Positions 40,410-50,942 of a stretch of 64,000 nucleotides of DNA are shown one piece after another. Source of the stretch: Candidatus Poribacteria bacterium (lineage in GTDB: Bacteria; Poribacteria; WGA-4E; WGA-3G); contig CBDHCS010000006.1 of assembly GCA_965261125.1 (NCBI GenBank), forward strand, positions 461,446-525,445, written 5' to 3'. The translations under genes were made by a program, and so were the position numbers. How positions within the stretch are numbered: position 1 is the first letter of the stretch; every line of letters begins with the position of its first letter. The notes below the pieces were generated by a model that was not told the origin of the DNA, did no database searches, and saw only the letters and a list, made by a program, of their open reading frames with translations.

Positions 40410-40979
40410 GTGGATATTTTAATGATTCCAGATGATGTTTATGTGCACAAAACAGTAGAAGGCGATGTTGAGGCATTTAACGAATTGGTCAATCGCCATC
40501 ATACCAAAATTTATGGGCTTGCATACCGAATGCTCGGCAATGCCGAGGATGCCGAGGATGCCACGCAAGAGACATTTTTAGAGGCTTATAAGTCAATAAA
40601 AACGTTTCGATTCCAGTCGCAATTTGGAACGTGGCTATATAAGGTCGGTCTAAACACTTGCAATCAATATATTCGCAAAAGCAAAACCCGTAACAGAATG
40701 TTAGATGCTTACACGGAAGAGACAGCGTCTCACGGCTTGGCTGAGGAGCAGGAAGTTCCTGATCGGCTGGTAATTAAGGCTGAACAACGCGAGGTTGTTC
40801 AAGCTGCTATTGATCGTTTGCCGCCGAAGCAACGTGAGGTTGTGACGCTCTATTATATGCAGCAACTCAAATACAAAGAGATTGCTGAGATCCTTAATTG
40901 TTCTCTCGGAACTGTCGCCTCACGGTTAAATAAAGCAATACAGAATCTCAAAACGAAGTTGAAAAAATACTATTTTTGA
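40410..40979 (+). CDS. ECF-subfamily RNA polymerase sigma factor (sigma-70 regions 2 and 4)
   Basis: Region 2 ...AEDATQETFLEAYKSIKTFRF...FGTWLYKVGLN and region 4 LPPKQREVVTLYYMQQLKYKEIAEILNCSLGTVASRLNKA. Confidence 0.8.
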   Translation: MDILMIPDDVYVHKTVEGDVEAFNELVNRHHTKIYGLAYRMLGNAEDAEDATQETFLEAYKSIKTFRFQSQFGTWLYKVGLNTCNQYIRKSKTRNRMLDAYTEETASHGLAEEQEVPDRLVIKAEQREVVQAAIDRLPPKQREVVTLYYMQQLKYKEIAEILNCSLGTVASRLNKAIQNLKTKLKKYYF

Positions 40980-40997
40980 GAGATTACTTGTTGCTAT

Positions 40998-41717
40998 GTG
41001 AATAAATTCTTACCCTATAAAGCGAGGATGGTTAAAATGAATTGTGAACAGACTCGTGAAAACTTGGTTTTACACCGTCAGGATCCCTTGTTAAAAGGGG
41101 CGGAGCGGCGCGATTTTTTACAACATCTGCGTGGTTGCAAGGCATGCCAAGTCGAATATGAAGGATTATGGCATACTGCAACGGTGCTCGGTAGTCTTGA
41201 TGCTCCGGAACCGCCCCCCGAATTACTGGGAAATATCCAACGTCAAATACGAGAAGTCCATAGGAGAGATAGCACTGCCTTCTTCGCGGCTCCGATCACC
41301 TGGCTTTTCGGTAAATTTAAGTTAGATATATCTCCGTTGTTTGTGAATTGTGTTGCGTTGCTTTGCTATCTGATCGCATCCGTCTTCTTGGTGAAATTTG
41401 CATTCTTTACAAAGGCACCGGAACAAAATTTCGGTTTGACCGCATTTGAAGAGACACGACTCCGAAATGCACGTATTTCTCCATCACCTTGGGCATCCCT
41501 GAAACACGGTAGCGCGCAGGTTGAGAAGCCATTTCCTACAGAAGCACTGCAGGAGAGTCATGTGAACCCTATCAGTCCATTTGTTGGCAGTGAGTCAGCA
41601 GTTATGTGGCATGCCCGCGCTATTAATAAAGTCACAGAAGATGTTGATGGACATTTTGCGAAAACAGCAAGCGAAAAACTCGCCCTATTTTGGAATGACA
41701 TCAAAACAGATCTGTGA
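40998..41717 (+). CDS. putative anti-sigma factor (zf-HC2 type) with a TM segment
   Basis: H-x3-C-x2-C motif HLRGCKACQVEYEGLWH and one hydrophobic helix (VNCVALLCYLIASVFLVKFAFF). It lies immediately downstream of the ECF sigma gene. Confidence 0.6.
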   Translation: MNKFLPYKARMVKMNCEQTRENLVLHRQDPLLKGAERRDFLQHLRGCKACQVEYEGLWHTATVLGSLDAPEPPPELLGNIQRQIREVHRRDSTAFFAAPITWLFGKFKLDISPLFVNCVALLCYLIASVFLVKFAFFTKAPEQNFGLTAFEETRLRNARISPSPWASLKHGSAQVEKPFPTEALQESHVNPISPFVGSESAVMWHARAINKVTEDVDGHFAKTASEKLALFWNDIKTDL

Positions 41718-41769
41718 GGAGGAAGGTATTCTCTGAGAACTCAAATATATGAAGGTAGTTAATAAGTAA

Positions 41770-41902
41770 CAGGACTTACGCATTCCCCCCGCTTGCGGGG
41801 GGATAAAGGGGGGTAAAACCTTGAAAAGGACAAAAAATCAGGGTTAATATCCGTGAACGGACAAAATTCTAAACAGGGATACTTGAATTTGCGTAAGTCC
41901 TG
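41770..41902. repeat. MITE family C copy (133 bp), TSD-like TAAGTAA flanks
   Basis: TIRs caggacttacgca / tgcgtaagtcctg. The interior ccccccgcttgcgggggg hairpin is about 97% identical to the copy at 61727-61859. Confidence 0.65.
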
Positions 41903-41907
41903 TAAGT

Positions 41908-41938
41908 AAGAGGCACAATTGGTTGTGCCTCTTTTTTC
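41908..41938 (+). terminator. rho-independent terminator
   Basis: gaggcacaa-ttgg-ttgtgcctc is a perfect 9-bp stem followed by TTTTTT. It sits downstream of the anti-sigma gene and the MITE. Confidence 0.6.
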
Positions 41939-42064
41939 TTTGAAAGAATGTAAACTTTTATAGCAGCACCCTTCCAACCTAAAAAAGTTGACCGACAGTT
42001 TTTTTTGCGGTAAAATATATACGCACATTCATAGAATCAAACCTACAAAATATCGGACAAAAAA

Positions 42065-43141
42065 TTGACACAACCTTTACTTAAAGTTTCTAATTTGAAA
42101 ACAGTATTCCATACAGGTGGCGGCGTTGTAAATGCTGTAAACGATGTCAGCTTTTCAGTTGAACGCGGCAAAACGGTCGGTATTGTCGGAGAAAGCGGTT
42201 GTGGAAAAAGCATCACTGGGCTTTCTCTTCTCCAACTTGTGCCGAATCCGGGTAGGATCGAAGCGGGTGAGATTCTGTTCTATCGTGATGACGTAAATGA
42301 ACTTTTAGATATAACGCAAGTCCCACCGCGAAGTGAGTTGATGCGTCAGATTCGTGGTAACGAAATTGCTATTATTTTTCAGGAACCGATGACATCGCTT
42401 AATCCTGTTTATACTGTTGGTGATCAAATTGCTGAGGCGATTGTGTTACACCAAGAAGGTGAGCGCTCGTCTCTTGCGCGTTTTGGTTTACAAACAACAC
42501 CGAAATGGGCACGCGAACGCGCTATTGAGATGCTCTCACGCGTCGGGATCCCCGCACCTGAGCAACGTATTGATGAATATCCACACCAACTCTCCGGGGG
42601 GATGCGGCAACGCGTTATGATTGCGATGGCACTCTGTTGTGCACCTGCACTTCTTATTGCAGACGAACCGACTACGGCACTTGATGTTACGATTCAGGCA
42701 CAAGTGCTTGCGCTCATGCAGGAACTGCAAGCGGAAATTGGAATGGCAATTATGTTGATTACACACGACTTAGGGGTTATCGCTGACATGGCTGACAAAG
42801 TGGTTGTTATGTATGCCGGACGCGTTGTTGAAAAAGGAAGCGTTGAAGACATCTTTTATAATCCTTTGCATCCTTATACGCGTGGCTTGCTCAACTCTAT
42901 TCCAACACTCGGTGATAGCCAGCAAAAAACGCTTCCCTCTATTCCGGGAACAGTCCCTCACCCGTTGGCACTTCCTCCCGGATGTTCTTTTCAGCCGCGT
43001 TGTGCTGAACGAATGCCGACTTGTGAACAAATGCCTGAACTTAACACAATTGATGCCTCAAAAAATAGGACTGATAGGAACGAAAGGCACGCTGTGAGAT
43101 GTTGGCTTTGTGAGGAAAAAACCGATGTCAAAACTGCTTAA
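42065..43141 (+). CDS. oligopeptide/dipeptide ABC transporter ATP-binding protein (OppD/DppD-like)
   Basis: Walker A GESGCGKS, signature [12 protein letters not shown], Walker [13 protein letters not shown] and a C-terminal oligopeptide-type extension. Apparent TTG start. Confidence 0.8.
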   Translation: MTQPLLKVSNLKTVFHTGGGVVNAVNDVSFSVERGKTVGIVGESGCGKSITGLSLLQLVPNPGRIEAGEILFYRDDVNELLDITQVPPRSELMRQIRGNEIAIIFQEPMTSLNPVYTVGDQIAEAIVLHQEGERSSLARFGLQTTPKWARERAIEMLSRVGIPAPEQRIDEYPHQLSGGMRQRVMIAMALCCAPALLIADEPTTALDVTIQAQVLALMQELQAEIGMAIMLITHDLGVIADMADKVVVMYAGRVVEKGSVEDIFYNPLHPYTRGLLNSIPTLGDSQQKTLPSIPGTVPHPLALPPGCSFQPRCAERMPTCEQMPELNTIDASKNRTDRNERHAVRCWLCEEKTDVKTA

Positions 43142-44126
43142 GGTCAAAGACCTCCGAAAATACTTTCCGATACGAAAAGGAATTCTCCGACGGACCATCG
43201 GACATGTAAAAGCGGTGGACGGCATTAGTTTTGACGTTGAACGTGGCGAAACCCTTGGACTGGTTGGTGAAAGTGGTTGTGGCAAGACGACTGCGAGTCG
43301 GTGTCTCCTCCGATTGATCTCACCTACGGGTGGCAGTTTTACTTTCGGTGATGAACAAGTTGATTTAGCAAAGTTAACGCCTCAACAGATGCGCCCTTTT
43401 CGTAGGCGTATCCAGATGGTCTTTCAAGACCCACAATCATCTCTTAACCCACGAAAAACGGTGGGTGATATTGTTGGTGAACCGCTACGTGTTAATCGGA
43501 TTGAAAAAAGAAATGAACTGCAGGATCAAATTGTTGAACTTTTGGAATCTGTTGGGTTAAAACCGCAGGACATGCGGCGTTACCCGCATGCCTTTAGTGG
43601 TGGACAACGCCAACGTATTGGCATTGCACGGGCGTTAGCACTTAACCCCGAGTTAGTCGTAGCAGATGAACCGGTGTCGGCACTGGATGTATCCGTGCAG
43701 GCACAAATCCTCAACCTTCTGGTGGAATTGCGGGAGAAATTCCAACTTTCCTATATCTTTATCGCACATGATTTAAGCGTTGTTAAACATATCAGTGACC
43801 GCGTAGCCGTTATGTATCTTGGCAAGATCGTAGAGATTAGCGATGCAAAAACACTTTATCAATCGCCGAAACATCCTTATACAGAGGCGCTGATATCCGC
43901 TGTGCCGTTGCCGGATCCGAAAGTGCAACGTGAACGTGAACTAATTCGTCTTGAAGGAGATGTTCCTGATCCATCTCAGCCGCCAACCGGGTGTCATTTT
44001 CATCCGAGGTGCCGCTATGCAACAGATATTTGTAAACAGGAAAAACCAGAACTTCGTGAGATTACACCCGGTATCAAAGTTGCGTGTCATTTGAGTGAAA
44101 CGTTGGAATTACAAGGAGTTTCGTGA
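43125..44126 (+). CDS. oligopeptide/dipeptide ABC transporter ATP-binding protein (OppF/DppF-like)
   Basis: Walker [10 protein letters not shown], signature [15 protein letters not shown], Walker [13 protein letters not shown] and a C-terminal CxxC tail. Start [10 protein letters not shown]. Confidence 0.8.
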   Translation: MSKLLKVKDLRKYFPIRKGILRRTIGHVKAVDGISFDVERGETLGLVGESGCGKTTASRCLLRLISPTGGSFTFGDEQVDLAKLTPQQMRPFRRRIQMVFQDPQSSLNPRKTVGDIVGEPLRVNRIEKRNELQDQIVELLESVGLKPQDMRRYPHAFSGGQRQRIGIARALALNPELVVADEPVSALDVSVQAQILNLLVELREKFQLSYIFIAHDLSVVKHISDRVAVMYLGKIVEISDAKTLYQSPKHPYTEALISAVPLPDPKVQRERELIRLEGDVPDPSQPPTGCHFHPRCRYATDICKQEKPELREITPGIKVACHLSETLELQGVS

Positions 44127-45073
44127 TGCCAAAATTAGATCAAATAACACCAGAAGAACTTGCATCTTGCAGGAAGCAGCTTGAGCGCCGTTGGAAAAGT
44201 CGAAAAGTTGATGCGGCGTTGCTGGAACGGGCATGGCATGTCGTTTATGAGATTGCGACACTACTCTATGACGAATTCGGGGCAACACAAGTTGCTGTTT
44301 TCGGGTCGCTTGCGGAACCGATCAATTTCACAAAGTCATCGGACATTGATATTGCGGTATGGGGACTCTCTGATAAGATACATTCATCTGCATATTGGAA
44401 AGTTCAGGATATTGATACGGGGTTCAAAATAGATTTGATTAATTTTGATATGATGAAAGGGTTTTTCCGTGAAAGAGTTAAACAGCATGCGATTCCTATA
44501 AGGAGAGGGGAACATCCCACATTATGGAAAACACAGTACGAACATCTAAACAAACAAGTTTTTCCAATCATGGAAGAAGAAGTATATGAAATGAACCGAA
44601 AAAAACTGACACAGCGTATCAACGATGAACTTGTAAAGATAGAGGATACTCTCACCAGAATCCGGAGAGGGTTAGAAAAAATTGAAATAGTGCCTGATGA
44701 TATCACAGAATTCATTGAAAATACGATTGCGACAGACCTTGTCGATATCTATAGTGGAATTGAACGGATTTTTGAGCGAATTGCCAACGAGGTTGATGGA
44801 CACTTACCGAGAGGGAGTAGATGGCATAAGAACCTACTTGAACAGATGACAAAACAACGCCCCGAAAGACCGCCTGTGATTTCTGATAATACGTTTCTCC
44901 AATTAGGGAAACTTTTGGAGTTTCGCCATAAAGTAACCAACATTTATGGGAGAGAACTGAAGTATGATAATACATTGGTGCATGCAGAAACAATCCATGA
45001 ATTGTTTGCAGCAGTTTCACAGGATTTTAATATCTTCACTGATTCACTTGTGCAGCATGAGGAGGACGTTTGA
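44126..45073 (+). CDS. nucleotidyltransferase (Pol-beta/MNT-type) fused to a C-terminal HEPN-like domain, paralog 1
   Basis: NTase motif FGSLAEPINFTKSSDIDIAVWG (GS...DxD). C-terminal R-x4-H (RGSRWH) and FRHKVTNIY motifs fit a HEPN-type helical domain. 4-bp overlap with the upstream ATPase gene. Confidence 0.6.
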   Translation: MPKLDQITPEELASCRKQLERRWKSRKVDAALLERAWHVVYEIATLLYDEFGATQVAVFGSLAEPINFTKSSDIDIAVWGLSDKIHSSAYWKVQDIDTGFKIDLINFDMMKGFFRERVKQHAIPIRRGEHPTLWKTQYEHLNKQVFPIMEEEVYEMNRKKLTQRINDELVKIEDTLTRIRRGLEKIEIVPDDITEFIENTIATDLVDIYSGIERIFERIANEVDGHLPRGSRWHKNLLEQMTKQRPERPPVISDNTFLQLGKLLEFRHKVTNIYGRELKYDNTLVHAETIHELFAAVSQDFNIFTDSLVQHEEDV

Positions 45074-45074
45074 A

Positions 45075-46043
45075 ATGCAACAGGCAGTAAACAGACAGCG
45101 AACAGCTAAAGAGATGTCACCAGAAGAACTTATGTCTTGTAGGAAGCAGCTTGAACGCCGATGGAAGAACCGAAAAGTTGATGAGGCGTTGTTAGAACGA
45201 GCCTGGTCCGTCGTTTATGAGATTGCGACACTACTTTATGATGAGTTTGGTGCGACACGGGTTGCTGTTTTCGGATCGCTGGCGGAGCCGATCAATTTCA
45301 CAAAGTCATCAGATATTGATATTGCGGTGTGGGGACTCTCTGATAAGACACATTCAAAAGCAAACCTCAAAATATGGGATATTGATACGGGATTCAAAAT
45401 AGATCTGATCAATTTTGATATGACAAAGGGACTTTTTCAAGAAAGAATCCTGCAAAAAGCGATACCTATAAAGAAAGGAGAACGCCCCACATTATGGAAG
45501 GCACTTTATCAGCATCTAAACCGCCAAGTTTTTCCTATCGTGGCGGAAGAAATATACGAAATGAATAGAAAGAAATTCACCCAACGTGTCAACGATGAAT
45601 GCATAAAAATTGAATCTACTGTTGATGCAATTGTAAAAGCTTTGGAAGATATTCAGGTTGTTCCTGCTAACTACAAACAATATATAGAGGAAACAATTGC
45701 CAATAAACTTGCCGATGTTTATAGAGGTATAGAGCGTATTTTTGAACGGATTGCTAATGAAGTAGATGCACATCTGTCGCGCGGAAGTAGGGGGCATAAA
45801 AACTTGCTTGAACAGATGACAAGACAACGCCCTGAAAGACCGCCTGTGATTTCTCAGGAAACGTTTCAACTTTTAGAAGCGCTCTTAGAATTTCGTCACA
45901 AGGTTAACAATATCTATGCGGATGAACTAATTTATGAAAGGACAGAAGAGCATGCAAAGAACATCGAAAAACTGTTCCGGAGTTTCTCTGATGACCTCAA
46001 AATGTTTACCGATTTTCTTTCACAGCCTAAGGAAGATGATTGA
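45075..46043 (+). CDS. nucleotidyltransferase-HEPN fusion, paralog 2 (tandem duplicate)
   Basis: About 75% identical to paralog 1 across the NTase motif (FGSLAEPINFTKSSDIDIAVWG) and the C-terminal RGSRGH / FRHKVNNIY motifs. ATG at 45075 (MQQAVNRQ...). Confidence 0.6.
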   Translation: MQQAVNRQRTAKEMSPEELMSCRKQLERRWKNRKVDEALLERAWSVVYEIATLLYDEFGATRVAVFGSLAEPINFTKSSDIDIAVWGLSDKTHSKANLKIWDIDTGFKIDLINFDMTKGLFQERILQKAIPIKKGERPTLWKALYQHLNRQVFPIVAEEIYEMNRKKFTQRVNDECIKIESTVDAIVKALEDIQVVPANYKQYIEETIANKLADVYRGIERIFERIANEVDAHLSRGSRGHKNLLEQMTRQRPERPPVISQETFQLLEALLEFRHKVNNIYADELIYERTEEHAKNIEKLFRSFSDDLKMFTDFLSQPKEDD

Positions 46044-46054
46044 AAGGAACAAAC

Positions 46055-46882
46055 ATGTCAACACACACAGACCTCGGTTTTTTTGCGACAGATGTTTCAT
46101 TTGAAGATAGCGCTGCAATCGTAACAGGTTCCAGTCGAGGCATTGGCCGCGCAATTGCTATTGAATTGGCACGCCAAGGTGCCGATGTGCTTATCAATTA
46201 CAATCAGAATCGCGATGCAGCCGAAGCGGTAAAACATGAAGTAGAATCGCTTGGTAGCAAGGCGGTAACTATTCAAGCAGACATCAGCGATTTAGACGCA
46301 CACGCGAAACTGCTCAAAACAGCGCATGACGCATTTGGAAAGGTAAATATCCTTATTAACAATGCTGGTATTACCCGTATTGCAGACATTCTTGAGGAGA
46401 CACCTGAACAGTTTGATCTACTGCTGAACACAAATCTCAAAGCGCCTCATTTCCTCACGCAGCGCGTTGCAAATTACATGGTGGAGAACGAGATTCGCGG
46501 ATGTATTATCTACACCCTTTCCATTTCAGATACAATGGCATCCGACAACCGCACTGCCTATTGTATCTCAAAAGCCGGATTAGAGATGAGTATGCGTGCC
46601 TATGCTGGAAGGTTAGCGATGCACGGTATCAAGGTAAATGGAATCGCTGCAGGTGTGATTGATACGGACCTGTCGCGTGTCCGTATTCCGGATTACGAAG
46701 AGGCAGCAGAGAAGGGTTATATCTTTATGGTACGCCCTGGCACACCTGAAGATGTTGCACATGCGACTGTTGCTGCGATGCGGCTTTACGATACAGGGAT
46801 TGTCCTGCCTGCTTCTGGCGGTGTGATGACACCGTTGCTGAATCTCAGAACTATGGTGGAATTAGAGATGAACAAATCCTAA
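46055..46882 (+). CDS. SDR family oxidoreductase (short-chain dehydrogenase/reductase)
   Basis: TGSSRGIGRAIA cofactor motif, NNAG, and an S...YxxxK catalytic pattern (YCISK). ATG at 46055 after aaagga. Confidence 0.8.
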   Translation: MSTHTDLGFFATDVSFEDSAAIVTGSSRGIGRAIAIELARQGADVLINYNQNRDAAEAVKHEVESLGSKAVTIQADISDLDAHAKLLKTAHDAFGKVNILINNAGITRIADILEETPEQFDLLLNTNLKAPHFLTQRVANYMVENEIRGCIIYTLSISDTMASDNRTAYCISKAGLEMSMRAYAGRLAMHGIKVNGIAAGVIDTDLSRVRIPDYEEAAEKGYIFMVRPGTPEDVAHATVAAMRLYDTGIVLPASGGVMTPLLNLRTMVELEMNKS

Positions 46883-46944
46883 ACTTCGCCCGAATCTGGT
46901 ATATTTCCCTTATACCCAAATCCCGATATCTTGTATAATGCTTT

Positions 46945-47085
46945 ATCAAGTGCTAATTGATGGGTCTTGAAAGGAGTCGGGAATCGGAGTTCCCTCCTAC
47001 CATAAGCAGTCCATCGTTAGGAGCGATCTCCGAATCGCGGCGAATGCCACCCGTAGTCGGGAATCGGAGTTCCCTCGGACAAATC
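46945..47085. repeat. MITE family B copy (with partial internal duplication)
   Basis: Core gggaatcggagttccctcctaccataagcagtccatcgttaggagcgatctccgaatcgcg plus a repeated gtcgggaatcggagttccctc segment. Confidence 0.55.
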
Positions 47086-47220
47086 AAAATATCAAGTTAA
47101 TTGTAAAATTCACCAGAAATTAGGATACCAAAAAAGTTGACACCCCTTATCCTAAAATGCTAAAATATTTAAATAAATTTACAAACGATTTTATTTCGTT
47201 TCTAAACAACAAGGAGCATC

Positions 47221-48636
47221 ATGAAACATATTCTTCAAAAAACATCCATGCTTTTACTGCTTTTCACATTTATTACAGCAAACGTTAATGCAGCACACAA
47301 CTGGACAGAACAGATTGCCAGTTTTAAACCAATGGTAGTAAATGTTGAAACTGCCTCTGAGGTCGTTTTTGAAACAGAATCAAAAGGCACAAGTTTCGCG
47401 ACCGGTTTTGTTGTTGATGCAGAACGTGGGATAATCGCTACAAACCGGCATGTTACAGGTAGCAGCCCTGCCTATGTTAAAATCAACTTTCACGATGGCA
47501 GTTTCACCGAAGCACATATTCTTTACTATGACCCAACGCACGACTTTGGATTTTATAAGATTGATCCTGCTGAAGTTGACTTTGAACTGCAAGCTGTTGA
47601 ACTTGGTGAATGGGGTAAACTTTCTCTCGGTGATGAACTGCTGTTGATCGGCAACAACGAGAAAGAGGAATATTCTATCAAATTTGGAACGATTGCGAAC
47701 CTTAATGTCAATAAAGGTGATAGACATTCAAGCTACATCCATACCACGTTTGACAGAACAGGTGGGTCAAGCGGCAGTCCTGTTTGGAACACTGCTGGGA
47801 AGGTTATCGCTATCCATGCCCGCGGAACCGACACCTCCAGTTTTGAACTTCCCATAGATTATCTCATTGATGCGTTGGAATTAATTCAAAACGAGATACC
47901 AATTCAGCGCGGCGAAATTGGTGTTGATCTCGAACTCATCTCTATTGGAGAGGCGATAAAACACTTTAATTTTCCCGAAGCTTTACGCAAAGAGATTGGT
48001 CCTTCCAAAGCAGGAACACCAAAGGTTATTCAGGTTGAATCGATGGTGCCAAGAACAACGGGTGAAACCCTACTCCGAGCATCCGATATTATTTATCGTA
48101 TCAACAATGAACTTATTCGAGATGATTTATACACCTTTGACGCTATTTTGAATCAGAACGTGGGGAAGGAAGTCACTTTGGACATCTACCGTAATGGTGA
48201 AAATCTTAGTCTTCAGGTACCTGTAGAGAATTTAGAGAAAAAGAAAGTTCAAAGATTTGTTCGGTTCGGTGGTGCTGTGTTTCATGATATTACGCCCCAG
48301 TTGCGTCGGTTACTTTACCTTGAAGCGGACGGTGTTTATCTGCCTCATGCTGCTGCCGGTAGTAGTTTTTCGCGGGTCGGTGTACAAGAACGAAATGGAA
48401 ACTCAAAAGTGGTTATCCTTAATATAAATGGGAAGCAAATTCGGAATTTGGACGATTTTATTGAGGCGTGCCAAGCCATTACCGACGGTCAACACACCTA
48501 CGTCGTTATCCGAGATTTTAATTTGTTTGATAGCTCACCTACACCGAAAAGCTTAACGGTCAACCTTAAATTCGGTCCATTGCAGCAATTTGAATGGAAT
48601 CCTGATAAGTTAGATTGGGAGAAAGTGGTTGAGTAA
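47221..48636 (+). CDS. secreted trypsin-like serine protease (S1 family, HtrA-like) with C-terminal PDZ-like region
   Basis: Signal peptide, then catalytic His (TNRHV), Asp (DFGFYKI) and Ser in TGGSSGSPVW. Length 471 aa. Confidence 0.7.
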   Translation: MKHILQKTSMLLLLFTFITANVNAAHNWTEQIASFKPMVVNVETASEVVFETESKGTSFATGFVVDAERGIIATNRHVTGSSPAYVKINFHDGSFTEAHILYYDPTHDFGFYKIDPAEVDFELQAVELGEWGKLSLGDELLLIGNNEKEEYSIKFGTIANLNVNKGDRHSSYIHTTFDRTGGSSGSPVWNTAGKVIAIHARGTDTSSFELPIDYLIDALELIQNEIPIQRGEIGVDLELISIGEAIKHFNFPEALRKEIGPSKAGTPKVIQVESMVPRTTGETLLRASDIIYRINNELIRDDLYTFDAILNQNVGKEVTLDIYRNGENLSLQVPVENLEKKKVQRFVRFGGAVFHDITPQLRRLLYLEADGVYLPHAAAGSSFSRVGVQERNGNSKVVILNINGKQIRNLDDFIEACQAITDGQHTYVVIRDFNLFDSSPTPKSLTVNLKFGPLQQFEWNPDKLDWEKVVE

Positions 48637-48639
48637 GCA

Positions 48640-48680
48640 GGTTTGACGAACATCAGAAGGTTTTTTTTCTGTTCGTTTGC
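48640..48680. terminator. putative bidirectional terminator between convergent genes
   Basis: gacgaaca ... tgttcgt inverted repeat flanking a T8 run. It lies between the protease gene (+) and the outer-membrane protein gene (-). Confidence 0.35.
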
Positions 48681-48682
48681 CT

Positions 48683-49516
48683 TTAAAACCACAATTCGGC
48701 AGAGATAAAATCCGATGCAAAACGTTCTTCATAAATTCGGGCATAATTGATATAAACATCAATAATCCGCAGACCAACACCACCTGTTAACGCACCGTTT
48801 GAACTGCCGACTCGCACAAAAAAAAATGATGTCGGGGTCCATTCAACACCGAAGTAAAATTCTGGTTCTGCATCTTCGGTAGAAAGGGCAATGTCTGCGG
48901 AGAATTGATAGGATGCATGACGGTAAGCAGTGCCGAGCGTTATCCACTGAATACCGCGTCCATCAAGGTTTTGCAACAAACACCCGAATTTGAGTTCTGG
49001 ACGCGGTTTGAAAAGCAAACCGATGTCGTAAGATGTATGGTAACCGAAGAATTGATAATAATCGGAAGGGTGATGTCGTTTGAATTTGAGGCTTAATCCT
49101 GCAGCAAAATACGCACCAAGTTGACGTGCAAAACTGTAGTAATTAAAGTCAGGAACACCACTTCCTACGTCAAGAGCGATCTTGTTTCCCCAATAAAGGC
49201 TGTAGCCGCGCCAACTATAGCCGATGCCTTTCGGGTCGAACCGATAATAGTGTTGATCATGAAATTTGGTAACACCAAAAAACTTAACGCCTTGCCACTG
49301 AATTAGTCCAGCAGGGTTCCAAAAACCTGCAGTCGCATCATCGGCGACAGCGGTGAAAGCATTTCCCATTGCTAAGGCACGGGCACCTACATAAAGCGGA
49401 CGTGCAGTTTCAAACGGAAATTCTGTCTGTCCCAATGCTGACGTTGTAAGCAAGAGGAAACAGGCAGCGAAAACGCAGACGCGAGGTTTCTGGGCATAAC
49501 GTCCCGATAACCTCAT
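48683..49516 (-). CDS. outer-membrane beta-barrel protein (PorP/SprF- or FadL-like family)
   Basis: Signal peptide MRLSGRYAQKPRVCVFAACFLLLTTSALG. N-terminal motif ALAMGNAFTAVADDATAGFWNPAGL. A C-terminal aromatic (...AELWF) is typical of OM beta-barrels. Confidence 0.6.
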   Translation of the reverse strand: MRLSGRYAQKPRVCVFAACFLLLTTSALGQTEFPFETARPLYVGARALAMGNAFTAVADDATAGFWNPAGLIQWQGVKFFGVTKFHDQHYYRFDPKGIGYSWRGYSLYWGNKIALDVGSGVPDFNYYSFARQLGAYFAAGLSLKFKRHHPSDYYQFFGYHTSYDIGLLFKPRPELKFGCLLQNLDGRGIQWITLGTAYRHASYQFSADIALSTEDAEPEFYFGVEWTPTSFFFVRVGSSNGALTGGVGLRIIDVYINYARIYEERFASDFISAELWF

Positions 49517-49689
49517 TTCAATCATCGTTATCTCGGTGATGGTCTTTAAATACATGCGTGAAATCTATCAAACCTTGATGGAAATCCGATTCCGTCATAG
49601 GTTTAGCGTCTGATGTTAGGTGAGCTATTGTCGGTTCAGATTGGACTCTTTTCCGCATTGTTTCATTCGAAGCATCAAGATTTAAGGGG

Positions 49690-49930
49690 TCAAGGTATTG
49701 TTTTCAGTATATTATATAACGTATGTTGATGTGATACTCACGACGGCTGAAGCCGTGTGCTTCTTTTGCACACAACTCTCCTTTGTGATTCCTGCTTCCG
49801 TCTCTCGTGCCTCTATCCTGAACTGCGTGAGGTCTTACTTGGACTCCACAGGCGTAACTTTCCGTCTATCCGACGGTAGTGGGTTTTAGGTTTATTGCAG
49901 CGTTGCTATCTCTGTCTATAGATATACCAC
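49690..49930 (-). ncRNA. putative TnpB-associated omega-RNA / IS right-end region (hairpin-rich)
   Basis: On the minus strand the tnpB 3' end plus downstream about 170 nt contain several stable hairpins (ccgtc-tatcc-gacgg; gtgtgc-ttctttt-gcacac; cacgacggc-tgaa-gccgtgtg). This is the expected location of a TnpB guide-RNA scaffold. Confidence 0.3.
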
Positions 49931-50942
49931 ATTGACCGCAATGATACATTCTTTCTGATAGCAATAACTCTTTTTTCTTATGTCCACAACCACTGCAGGT
50001 CTTACTACTCGCATAAAACTGGTCTGCCTCTATGATAGGGATTCCACGCATCTCTGCCTTTGTCTTAAGTTTTGAAAGAAACCCACCTAACGCACTATCA
50101 CTCAATGCCTTCGCTAATCTCCTATTCTTTAGCAGGTTGGTAACTTTTAGTGTTTCTATACCGATAGCCGCTGCGTTATTGACAATCTCTGTTGATGCTT
50201 TGTGGTGTGCATCATTCCTTATACAAGCGACACGATAATAGATGCGTGCGATTTTCTGTTTCTGCTTATACCAATTAGCACTTCTAAACTTTTTACGGGC
50301 TAAAGCACGATTAGCACGTTTGAGTTTTCGTTCAGAGTGTTTGAGCGGTCTCGGATTATCGTATTTGATACCATTACTCAAAGTTGCTAATGCGTTGATA
50401 CCTACATCTATACCGATAACAGGGTGTGTTGAGGTGTCAACAACTTCGGTGTCCTCTGTCTCTACGGTAATAGATGCAAACCAACGATGCGCCGTCCTTG
50501 AGATGGTAACCTTGATAATCTTGCCAACAAAACGTAATGACTCAAACGTTTTCACCCAACCGATTTTAGGGAGTTTGATCTTCTTGCCTTCAACCTGAAC
50601 AGATTGCTCGTCTGTGGTGTAAGATTGTTTATATCCACGCCCTTTGAACTTCGGAAACTTCGCACGCTTAGATACCCAATTCGCAGCTGCTTGCCCTAAA
50701 TTTCTGATAGCATATAAGGCAGCACGCTGATCTTGGGAATATGTCCAATCATAGCTCTTTTTTCTCTTATTAAAGTTAACGTTGAGGGTTCGCCACGATT
50801 GGAAATTATCACGATCTAAACCTACCTTGAAATCCGATAACGCAGCATTATATGCAAAACGGGCATATCCACATTGACTACTAAACCAGCGTTTCTGTTT
50901 ACAAGTCGGATCTAATGTTATTTTGTGTGTTTTATAAGACAT
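49866..50942 (-). CDS. tnpB: TnpB (IS605/IS1341-family OrfB, RuvC-like RNA-guided nuclease family)
   Basis: N-terminus MSYKTHKITLDPTCKQKRWFSSQCGYARFAYNAAL. RuvC-I VIGIDVGIN, RuvC-II AAAIGIETLKV, and a zinc finger CSGCGH...CGQCG followed by RuvC-III DRDSNAAINL. No tnpA is adjacent. Confidence 0.8.
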   Translation of the reverse strand: MSYKTHKITLDPTCKQKRWFSSQCGYARFAYNAALSDFKVGLDRDNFQSWRTLNVNFNKRKKSYDWTYSQDQRAALYAIRNLGQAAANWVSKRAKFPKFKGRGYKQSYTTDEQSVQVEGKKIKLPKIGWVKTFESLRFVGKIIKVTISRTAHRWFASITVETEDTEVVDTSTHPVIGIDVGINALATLSNGIKYDNPRPLKHSERKLKRANRALARKKFRSANWYKQKQKIARIYYRVACIRNDAHHKASTEIVNNAAAIGIETLKVTNLLKNRRLAKALSDSALGGFLSKLKTKAEMRGIPIIEADQFYASSKTCSGCGHKKKELLLSERMYHCGQCGISIDRDSNAAINLKPTTVG

